Origin: Octopus bimaculoides
Lineage: Eukaryota
NCBI RefSeq assembly: GCF_001194135.2
Contig: NC_068998.1
Span: 17,334,746-17,398,745, forward strand
Direction: 5' to 3'
Length of the DNA: 64,000 bases
Of this stretch, positions 25,273-34,856 are shown one piece after another. Under the pieces are notes generated by a model. The model had not been told where the DNA came from and did not search any database. It saw only the letters and a list, made by a program, of their open reading frames with translations. Numbering within the stretch: position 1 is the stretch's first letter; each line of letters opens with the position of its first letter. Made by a program: the position numbers and the translations under genes.

Positions 25273-25660
25273 AATGGTTTCAAATTTTGTCACAAACTAA
25301 CAACTTCTAGTAAGAGGGATGAGTCAATTACATAAATCTCAGTATTTGACAGGCACTTTATTTTATTGACTCTCTTCCCACTGAAAGGATGAAAGGCAAA
25401 TTTGCCCTTGGTGGGATTTGAACTCAAAATGGAAAGAGTCAGATCAAATACTACAAAGCATGCTTTTCTGATGCTCTCACAATTCTGCTAATCCACTAAT
25501 TTTGTAATGTTTTTTTTTAAATTTAGGTATAAAGCCAGCAATTTTGAGTGAAGGGTATTAGTTGATTAAATTAACCCCATACTTGACTGGTACTTTATTT
25601 TATCAAGTTCAAAAATATGGAGGACAAAATTGACCTCACTGGGATTTGATCTAAGAACAT
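25273..25660 (-). mobile_element. Two SINE family C copies
   Basis: ATGGTTTCAAATTTTG tail and GAAAGGATGAAAGGCAAA core, as in the 20.7-22.2 kb array. Confidence 0.8.
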
Positions 25661-26000
25661 AACATAGAGTAGCACAACTAAATACTTCACAGTATTTAAT
25701 TGTACTCTGAGGAGCAATCAGCAATTTGTGAAGTGATCTCTTTCTTGTTTTTTTTCTTAATGGCCATTTTGGACTGCAGCAACGCTGGGACACTATTTCA
25801 AAGGGTTTTTGTCAAACAAATTGACACCAACATTTATTTTTTTAAGTCTTGTCCATATTCTATTGGTTCAATTGTCAAGCAGCAGGGAGAAAACACACAA
25901 CACTGAGACATTCTTTTCTCTCCCCATCTTTTTCTTTCTCTCTCTCTCTCTCCATTTGTTTCCTTTTCTCACTGAAGAGGTGAATACACGGCTTGTCCAC

Positions 26001-26002
<2 letters not shown>

Positions 26003-26040
<38 letters not shown>

Positions 26041-26113
26041 GGAGGGAGAGAGCGAGAGAGAGCGAGAGAGAGCGGGAGGGGGAGAGAGAGAGAGAGCGGG
26101 AGGGAGAGAGAGA
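26003..26113. repeat. (AG)n/(AGCG) purine microsatellite
   Basis: Read directly from the sequence. Confidence 0.95.
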
Positions 26114-26436
26114 TGTGTAGTCCAGGTACAATGTGAATATAAGAAAGCAAAGGAAGTGTACTGAGTGAAAATAGTGTGACGGATGATTAGAAATAGGAAT
26201 GAGATGGATACAGAGGATATTAGTTCAGTGTAGCGGGGAGTGATGAAAATTAGAAGATAAGTTGTGGGAGAAGGCTTGACAGTGCCTCAAGTCTGCAGCT
26301 ATAGTAAAAGACACTTGCCCAAGGTGTTGTGTGGTGGTGGCTGAACCTGAAACCACGTCATTGCAAAGCAACCTTCTTAACCACACAGCCTTTCTTGCAT
26401 GAAGTGTCAGAAGAAATAACACTGTGGTAAGAGTAC

Positions 26437-26511
26437 TTAGCAATCACTGATATCATGATTCACTGGAATGTTGTCCACATGATCAGCGAACCTAACTAAT
26501 TGTAGCTTCGC
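26437..26511 (-). CDS. Possible exon 3 of a minus-strand gene (AKLQLVRFADHVDNIPVNHDISDC*)
   Basis: Strong acceptor TATTCTTTTCAG. Only frame 0 stays open, matching the phase-0 end of the 30306-30183 exon. The 3' boundary is uncertain. Confidence 0.25.
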   Translation of the reverse strand, partial: AKLQLVRFADHVDNIPVNHDISDC

Positions 26512-27691
26512 CTGAAAAGAATATTACCCACGTGATTAACAAAATCTGGCCAATGAAAGACTTCATGTGGAATAAGCGACCATGTCAACTTTTGGCGTGT
26601 TTCTTTTAGAGCCTCTTAATCGGTATAAAACAACACGCACAAAACCACGACCCAGAGACCTTTGGAGTGTAGCTAAGACAAGGCAGACAGACACAGGTAG
26701 TGGCTGAGCCTATCATTATAATAAACTACAATAACATCCAAACTCTCTCAACATTTGTCAGAATTCCCTTTCAATTACACCACAAACATAACATCCCAAA
26801 TTTCTCAACAACGAATTGATTTCGTCCTTTTCTTCTATGTAGAACTGTTAACCTCCGACGCTAGAAATAACAGCCAGCACCCAATAGTCAACAGTCAACT
26901 CCCAACATCAACAGTCATACACAACTCCTAGCAGTTAGCCAACCAACTCAAGTACAAATGGTAACGATATCAACGATTCTGACAGAGAAATGTCTTTTAC
27001 TTCTAGTAACAGATCAAAGACAATACAGAGGCTATTTCATTGGCAAGAAGTGCTGATGGTAAATAATCACCACGAGGAATAAAATCCAGCATGCTGCTGA
27101 GTTTAATAGAGGAAATTTTAAAGTTGAAATGGAGCTAATTTAATATTTCCATCTTAGTTACAAGAATTGGAATCTCACGAGGGATAATTAGCTATTTTTG
27201 TTTCGTCGGAGTTTAATATAAGTATCAATAAATAAAATGAAATTTGAGAGAAATTAACCAGTACCACTGGCATAACGTAATTTCAAAATAGCTTATATTT
27301 ACAGACAAAACAAAAAAAAATCATGTTTATTTTAATGAAAAATTAACAGTGGGGGTATTTTCCAACAGGAAATGTCAATATTTGTCTCACCTAAATGGGC
27401 TTTTCGTTTACGCAATAAGCTCTTACATGTGTCAAGATGTTCTGACCTAACGCTAAATAGCGATAGTACGAAATTCTTTGGTCTCTGAACCTTTCTACGT
27501 AAAAAACCTGATGTAAATATTCACTTGCAGTTTGTTTAACGTTATAACTAAGCTGTGGAGGGAAACCTAGAATAAATTCATTTAGGGTGAAACCAATGAC
27601 GCTTACTCGTGTTGTATATCTTGCATAGCAAAACGTTTCCACAGAATTACACAGTAAACGAATTTAGCTGCTTGACCTTTGTGTAAGCTAG

Positions 27692-29487
27692 TGTAGTGGC
27701 GCGTGTGGCCGCCATTGCGCATGTGCAAGGGATTTGCCGTCAGCGGAAGTACCCGAGCACGCATGCGCAATGCAACAGGTGGAGAAAAGCAATAGCGTTC
27801 TCTCTCTTTTCCATCTAGCAGCTGTGGCAACAGGACGTTCTTTCAGGCTCTGTCCCAACTCGACCCCGACATGTGGTCGAAGCTTCCTTTGGTATTCTAG
27901 GGGCATGCCTGTTCACCCAGGAACGAAACGGCTCTACACCAACCTAGAATAAACTATTGATACCGTTATCCCTCGTGTTGTTGTATTTCTGGATTTTAAT
28001 GATTAATATAAGAACTGGGGAGAGACGGCCGAGCCGTCATATCTCATCTAATTCTTATAACTGGTGACCCCCGACGTGATACAGAATCTCTCAAACAACT
28101 CGTAAAAAAATGAAGAGATGACGAAAAAAAAAACAACAACACAAGAGACGAGGGAATGGAACAACCAACTGCAACAGTTTTCTTACCCCGGAGNNNNNNN
28201 NNNNNNNNNNNNNNNNNNNNNNNNNNNNNNNNNNNNNNNNNNNNNNNNNNNNNNNNNNNNNNNNNNNNNNNNNNNNNNNNNNNNNNNNNNNNNNNNNNNN
28301 NNNNNNNNNNNNNNNNNNNNNNNNNNNNNNNNNNNNNNNNNNNNNNNNNNNNNNNNNNNNNNNNNNNNNNNNNNNNNNNNNNNNNNNNNNNNNNNNNNNN
28401 NNNNNNNNNNNNNNNNNNNNNNNNNNNNNNNNNNNNNNNCACACGCACATACATAAAATTTTTTGCCTGTATTGTTTTTTTCCTTGCAGCAACGACGTAA
28501 GGTTGGTCAACAATATTTTTTTCTACAGACAGTACAAAGCAGCACCTTCTGAGGTCTAGCCGCTGACCACAGAGCACACAGCCAGTTCCAGCGACGACAC
28601 GACAATAGCCTCATGGAGTCCCAACACTTCGTTCAGCAGCTTACGGACCTCCAGCTTCTTAGGGTCAACACCAATTTCTTGCTACGTACACAACAACCAA
28701 CAGCACTCGCACAGGTTCTATCTCAACACTGTTTGTGAATTATTTCACCATGGTTAAGAGCGAATACAACCTGCGAGGACTCCTGTATCAAGTAACCGGC
28801 AGCAGCATTGAAACCACAACCTCTCACGACATGTGCCTCTCCTCTGGCTCTATTACGCGGCCTCGACTTCTTGTTACAGCACCTCAACTACTGTGTACCT
28901 TAACTACGAGCTGGTATTTACCATTCTTGTGTCTGGACTTTCTGTCAATGTCCTTAGAGACTCCTTTCTATGCTCTGTATTTCTCGCACTCCAAAGTTCT
29001 TTAAGGTCGACGCTAATGGTCGTACAGAGATTGTGTCTGTCGACCGTCTGAAAATAGCGTACCTTGACAAACCCTCAACTTCCGTGGACGACGTGCACTG
29101 TCAACATCTTTACCAATGCATACACCAACATCAACACCATCACAAACACACACACCAGAAACCACTCCACCTTCGTCGTTGCGACAAAAACTCAAGTGAC
29201 ACTTATGTCACTAGATCTGGCCGGACAGTGCATTGGCCAAAGAAACTTTCCAAAACAATATACATTTGACATTTTTTGTGCCGCCGGCATTTCATTTCTC
29301 TGTACAAACAAACATTGTTTTTCTTCCATTTCTGTGCACAGTAACGTGCTAAAAGAAAATATGTACACATTACATATTGTTTCAACCTTTGCATACACAT
29401 TTGCTCACGCCATTATAGTGGCGCGTGTGGCCGCCATCGCGCATGTGCAAGGGATTTGCCGTCAGCGGAAGTACCCGAGCACGCATG
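27692..29487 (+). mobile_element. Gypsy (CsRN1-like) non-autonomous LTR element 1, 3' LTR truncated
   Basis: 5' LTR 27692-28059 (TGTAGTG...TTATA). PBS TGGTGACCCCCGACGTGAT at 28062-28080 is complementary to the tRNA-Trp 3' end with one extra C. gag-like start MEQPTATVFLP; integrase tail SRTPKFFKVDANGRTEIVSVDRLKIAYLD...VTRSGRTVHWP. The first ~73 bp of the LTR repeat at 29415-29487. Confidence 0.85.
28194..28439. other. Assembly gap (246 N) inside LTR element 1
   Basis: N run. Other gaps: 9850-9859, 18328-18462, 23455-23464, 32896-33164, 38372-38381. Confidence 1.
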
Positions 29488-30182
29488 CATTATAGTGTAA
29501 TGTAGACGAAAATGAAATCTCTGTATGGTTATTTCTTCCGTAATATTTTTTGAACTCGGCTCTACTTAACTGCAAATAGGTACCTGTTGGACCCCTTCAC
29601 TCCTACGTATATAGCTTTACGAATAAATGTTCGGCCCTGCAATCTCTGATGCCCTGTCATGGAAACGAGATGTATACTACATAGGTAACTATGTCTCCTT
29701 CAGGTGCTTGTTTATTCTCATGTCTGCTTTGACCTACCAGAACTATGATCAAAAGCTTTCCAATCGTGATAATATCTTTCTTTTTTTTTTTTTTTTTTTC
29801 AGACAGTGTTCCTCCTGAAATCCATAGCCGAAAGAGGCTGTTGACGCGCAGCAACGCGTGGTTCACTAGTCAGGTAATTTAATACTGTCTTATCTCTTCT
29901 CCAAGTATAGTTGACAGTTTCCTTGTGAGAAGCTATTCTATCCTTAGACAGGGTTTATTTTTAACCCGGCTGGATTCCCACACACCCTCTCTTAAATCCA
30001 CTGGGTTATCGAGGGCGGTTTAGTTGCTAAGGTAGTAAAACCTGACCTGGTCACCATAGTACATCTAGGACTACATTATCCTGTTAATATGCAGTTTACC
30101 GTTGTAAAGCAGTGAAAGAAAATTATCCCAAATAAGTAAAAAAAATATTGCGATAAAACCAGAAGTAACAACAATGACATAC

Positions 30183-30306
30183 CAAAATTTCATTAAAAGA
30201 ACTTAACTCCTTCATAATATCACGTTCACAGGCACCTACATGTATGGTATATTCGAGTGATTTAAGTATCTCAGAATTAGCAGCTGAGGTACATAGTTCT
30301 AGCATA
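30183..30306 (-). CDS. Possible exon 2 of a minus-strand gene (S-MLELCTSAANSEILKSLEYTIHVGACERDIMKELSSFNEIL)
   Basis: Acceptor TGTTTGTTTCTCTATGTATAG, 124-nt open exon, GTATGT donor at 30182-30177. In frame with the phase-2 end of the 36150-36137 exon. Confidence 0.35.
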
Positions 30307-30468
30307 CTATACATAGAGAAACAAACACTGCTGAGAAAGCAATTCGGTGGCTTCCATGAAAGCCAACACAGTTACATGTGACCAATGCAATAATACGGCA
30401 CGATCAATGAGCTGTAGAGAAAGAATCAACGGGAAGCGGTAGCATTTTTCCTTTGGATTCACTGGAAC

Positions 30469-33400
30469 TATAGGAAAGTGGTTATACACCATTAGGTGTA
30501 CACCCGCTTTCCTATATTAAATTCTAAATAATAACGGAACGCAGAACTCTGAACTATCAACACAACAATATTTATTTATGGAGGAAAATAGTCTTGGTTG
30601 CTGAGACGTTGGAATGCTGGAGAGACAGCTTGACCCGTCCATGCTCATGGCCGGCCGACCGAGAAAGAGAATGAAAAAAGCGGGAACGTTTAGATGTTGA
30701 ATTCCACGCATGCGCATGAGACTCTTCCCGTGTTCCTTCCGGGACTATTCTCTGCGCATGCGTGGATGAAAACGCAGTAATGGCGACTGTATTTTGGCGC
30801 CAAATGACGTCACTACAATGGCTCCCCCTCGAGTGTGGAAGCACGAAAATAGAAATTTTGGAGGGACGTCTGAGGCAAGATGGCCACTGAAACCAACCAC
30901 AAGATGTGGCACAAACACACACAAAGAAAATTAAAGAAATGAATGTACACTTGTGAGATACATGCATGCAATCTGAAAGGAAAGAAAGTATATGAGTGTG
31001 TGTGTGAGAAAAAACACAGAACATAGTAAAAGTGTCTGTAACAGACTGTGAAAAGTCTTAAAACACTGAGATGGAGAAAACCAGTTCGTATAAAAATTCC
31101 ACAAGGAGATAGAATGTTAATACGCAGGAAGTTGTGGTCAGTGAGCAGAGCTGTAGTTGAGCGTCGGATGCTAGTTGGGACCTGTTACCTGGTACTGAAT
31201 ATTCTATAAAAGTTATACAAGGAGATTCAGAATGTTAATACGCAGGAAGTTGTGGTCAGTGAGCAGAGCTGTAGTTGAGAGTCGGATGCTAGTTGGGACC
31301 TGTTACCTGGTACTGAACATTTTGGATGGTCTGTTGATCGTGAGTGGAAAACATCCACTCTAACAGAGTCAAAATAAAATCGCGCTTGTTGATGTTGGTT
31401 GCTTGTGTACGTGGAGAAATCATGTTGCTGGTAGTATATTGAGTCGTATTGCTGTTGGCGACGTCGGGGGGCGATGCTTGTAGTTTGTCGTGGTTGTTGA
31501 TGTCGTCGCTGTAAAACTGGCTGTGTTCTGTATGTGTGGTGGTAATGATGTTGACAGTGGTGTGTGATGTTTGAAAAGGTACGCTTTCTCAGACCGTCGA
31601 CAGACACAATCTCTGTACGACCATTAGCGTCGACCTTGAAGAAATTTAACCCAAGACTGCGGTTGGGCGAGGCGTGTAATGAAGCCTTAAATTGCCTATG
31701 AAAACACTCAACCATTCCATTAGAAGCGGGATGGTAGCTGTTGGTGCGTATCAGGAGAGAGAAATTGGACAGGGCGTCTATTTGAGAGGTACCCTTGAGT
31801 GGCATTGTGAAATGCTGTCATGAATTCGGAGACTGACATGTAATTGTGCATTTTTACTGCTATTTTCAGCAAGTAGAGGACGCTGTGTAAGAATGAATTG
31901 ACGTCGCGTGAAACACGTAGGAAATTGCTCAAAAAGTTGTTAGGATGAAATAACCGTGAAGTTTTTTGTGTGAAAAACCACAAAGGTCTTAGCAATAAAG
32001 AAGTCTTTGTTTAGAGGCTCTAGAAGTCATTGACAAAATGAGAAACTTTAACGTAGAAAAAATTTTCTTAGCTTTTCACTTGTTTGATGAGAGTGTAGAG
32101 GCAATCCTGATGTTGAACGTCGCGAAGCATACGAATTCAATGGCTGTTGAAATGAGGTCCATAGATCTTTTAGCTCGAGGTACCAATTGTAGTATTATCG
32201 GTCGCAGTTCAGATTTTCGTGGCTGCGGTTGTTCTTTTAGTCGGGTCACCAGTTGTAACATTATTGGTCGGTAGATCAGAATCCTCGGCTGCGATTGTTC
32301 TTTGTTCGGGGTCACCAATTATAGGAAAGTGGTTATACACCATTAGGTGTACACCCGCTTTCCTATATTAAATTCTAAATAATAACGGAACGCAGAACTC
32401 TGAACGATCAGCACAACAATATTTATTTATGGAGGAAAATAGTCTTGGTTGCTGAGACGTTGGAATGCTGGAGAGACAACTTGACCCGTCCATGCTCATG
32501 GCCGGTCGACCGAGAAAGAGAATGAAAAAAGCGGGAACGTTTAGATCAGTGTTTCCCAACCTTTTTTCCCGGCGCCCCACTTTTTCATAGCAAAAGTTTT
32601 TACGCCCCACCTTTTGCAAACTTCAAAAACTCCACCGCGTATTGACGAGTCTTCTTCTTGTTTGGTTTGCTCATTTTCAATAGGGCTAACAAAAGATATT
32701 AAAATTGAAAGGTACAGTATTGAAAGTCTCGGGAGATGACACAAATCCAAGAAAGCGATGGAGACGATGAATTTTGCAGTGTGAAAAGAAAGTGATTCGT
32801 GGAAACAACCGGCAACAACGAGTCACCTGAGCTGAGTTGGCTGCTGCCTTGAAAAAATCACTGCATAGTTTATGTTGAATAAAGAGCTGTGGTTTNNNNN
32901 NNNNNNNNNNNNNNNNNNNNNNNNNNNNNNNNNNNNNNNNNNNNNNNNNNNNNNNNNNNNNNNNNNNNNNNNNNNNNNNNNNNNNNNNNNNNNNNNNNNN
33001 NNNNNNNNNNNNNNNNNNNNNNNNNNNNNNNNNNNNNNNNNNNNNNNNNNNNNNNNNNNNNNNNNNNNNNNNNNNNNNNNNNNNNNNNNNNNNNNNNNNN
33101 NNNNNNNNNNNNNNNNNNNNNNNNNNNNNNNNNNNNNNNNNNNNNNNNNNNNNNNNNNNNNNNNGTATAGGGATGCGCGTAAGTTTATTGCTCAGTGCGG
33201 GATCTTCTTTGTCTCGCTGGGGTGCGAGAGTTTCCGATGTGGAGGCTTCAAAGGAAAGACGGAATCTAAGGTTGTGCCTGCGATGACCGCTCGTCATGTA
33301 CAAATATTTTCACAGCCCACGTCTATGCCCCGCGCCCCACCTGAATTTTCTCAGGCCCCACCTTGGGAATCACTGGTTTAGATGTTGAATTCCACGCATG

Positions 33401-33505
33401 CGCATGAGACTCTTCCCGTGTTCCTTCCGGAACTATTCCCTGCGCATGCGTGGATGAAAACGCAGTAATGGCGACTGTATTTTGGCGCCAAATGACGTCA
33501 CTACA
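30469..33505 (-). mobile_element. Gypsy (CsRN1-like) non-autonomous LTR element 2, both LTRs intact
   Basis: LTRs at 30469-30817 and 32320-33505 (the latter interrupted by a hAT). 4-bp TSD GAAC at 30465-30468 and 33506-33509. PBS TGGTGACCCCG at 32317-32307. PPT GAGGGGGAGCCAT next to the 3' LTR. Integrase remnant RTNSYHPASNGMVECFHRQFKASL fused to FFKVDANGRTEIVSVD. Confidence 0.95.
32547..33375. mobile_element. hAT/Charlie-like non-autonomous DNA transposon inserted in the 5' LTR of element 2
   Basis: TIRs CAGTGTTTCCCAA / TTGGGAATCACTG. Perfect 8-bp TSD GTTTAGAT at 32539-32546 and 33376-33383. A single GTTTAGAT sits in the sister LTR at 30688-30695. Confidence 0.95.
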
Positions 33506-33919
33506 GAACTATACAAGCCAATTACGTTTTTGAGAAGAGCGAATAATAATTCAGTTAATGTACATGTGGGCAAGAGACTATCTACTGAACGAAATTATTT
33601 TTACTTCTAGTTTGTATCTAAGTTTACATTCATTTTTTAGGTCAATTTACTTTCACTCTTTTTTACAACAGTAAGCTGCATATCAACCCATTTATCCAGT
33701 GTGCTCTTCCCCGTTTTCGACGTCACAAAAACCCCCAACCCTAAACACCGGGTGTGCATATTCTTTACCTTCGCCAAGGAAGAGTTGGTTGCTATTTCTA
33801 ATAGGTCAAGAAACTTCGTAGGGACGTGTTCGTTGTGTCGATAAAGTAAAACAGGTTCTCCAACATGGATGGAACCCACCCTATATCTTTCACATTCCGT
33901 TCAATTGTGTTACTAATTA

Positions 33920-34087
33920 CCGTATTTTAACGTCTATAAGGAACCGTTTTTTGTCAAAAATTAGGTTTAAAAAATACGGGAGTTTCTTATACATGGGTAA
34001 TATTATAATCCCTTACAAAATCTTTTTTTTTTTTTCTAAATTTTAAGTCCCCAAATTAGGGGGTTCCTTGTGCACGTTAAAATACGG
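33920..34087. mobile_element. pogo/Tc1-mariner-type MITE
   Basis: TA TSD at 33918-33919 and 34088-34089. 26-bp TIRs CCGTATTTTAACGTCTATAAGGAACC with 3 mismatches. Confidence 0.9.
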
Positions 34088-34266
34088 TACATCATAGTGT
34101 AATGTAGACGAAAATGAAATCTCTGTATGGTTATTTCTTCCGTAATATTTTTTGAACTCGGCTCTACATAACTGTAAATAGGTACCGCGGTAAGTAACAG
34201 TTACACAATGAAATTGATGAGTAATATTTTTAATGGCTGAGAAGACGAAAGGCATGTACCCATGAC

Positions 34267-34456
34267 TGACTCATTAAAAAATTTCTCTAACTGATGGGGG
34301 AAGGCATCCCTGAATACACGCATCAGACTGGACCCCGCTAAATGCTCTTATGAGTCAGATCTGATGCCTGAGTGCTTTTAGTGGGGTCCACTGTGATGCG
34401 TGTATTCAAGCCTCCCTCCTTTCCTCCATTTGTTATGGAAGTTTTGAAATGAGTCA
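34267..34456. repeat. ~190-bp imperfect palindrome (foldback element)
   Basis: Arms TGAATACACGCATCAGACTGGACCCCGCTAAA and TTTAGTGGGGTCCACTGTGATGCGTGTATTCA, centred on TCAGATCTGA. Outer ends TGACTCATT / AATGAGTCA. Confidence 0.85.
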
Positions 34457-34694
34457 TTGATATTACTCTTCCTCCTAGTTAAGCAATTAAAATAACAATA
34501 CCTATTGTACAGCCATGTTTGTTCGTTCACAATATAATGGCAGTGACAGGATATCAAATAAATAAATGAAAACACTGACCCCCACCATCCCCATATGGTG
34601 GGTCGTCCAAAGCACAAGCTCTATTTTTTCCGGAGAACGTTAGTATTGAACAGTTGCTGATTTAAAACATGAATCTTAGAAGACCTCGTGTAAC

Positions 34695-34856
34695 ATGGAA
34701 TTTAAATGTAAGGCCAGCTGTCCGCTGAAAGTAACGTTAGGGGAAAATCGTAAAGCCGTTATCTGTGAGGAGGCAGATAAACCAGGCATAGCTGTAGAAG
34801 AAAAAGAAGTGTCACGAATTCATGCAGAGCAAAATCAAGATATGGAACAACACTAG
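34695..34856 (+). pseudogene. Second Penelope GIY-YIG fragment
   Basis: MEFKCKASCPLKVTLGENRKAVICEEADKPGIA aligns by eye with YKGETCRPLKIRVDEHRKAVTRGDIDKSGIA of ORF 2981-3391. Confidence 0.7.

Noticed and set aside
24588-25500. R4/Dong-like LINE as the mobilising partner of SINE family C
   Set aside because: The 3' ends share no sequence and the tails are on opposite strands ((AAT)n versus (ATT)n), so the partnership is unsupported.
33637-33879. 80-aa minus ORF flanking LTR element 2
   Set aside because: No recognisable motif; it may be decayed TE sequence and cannot be called.
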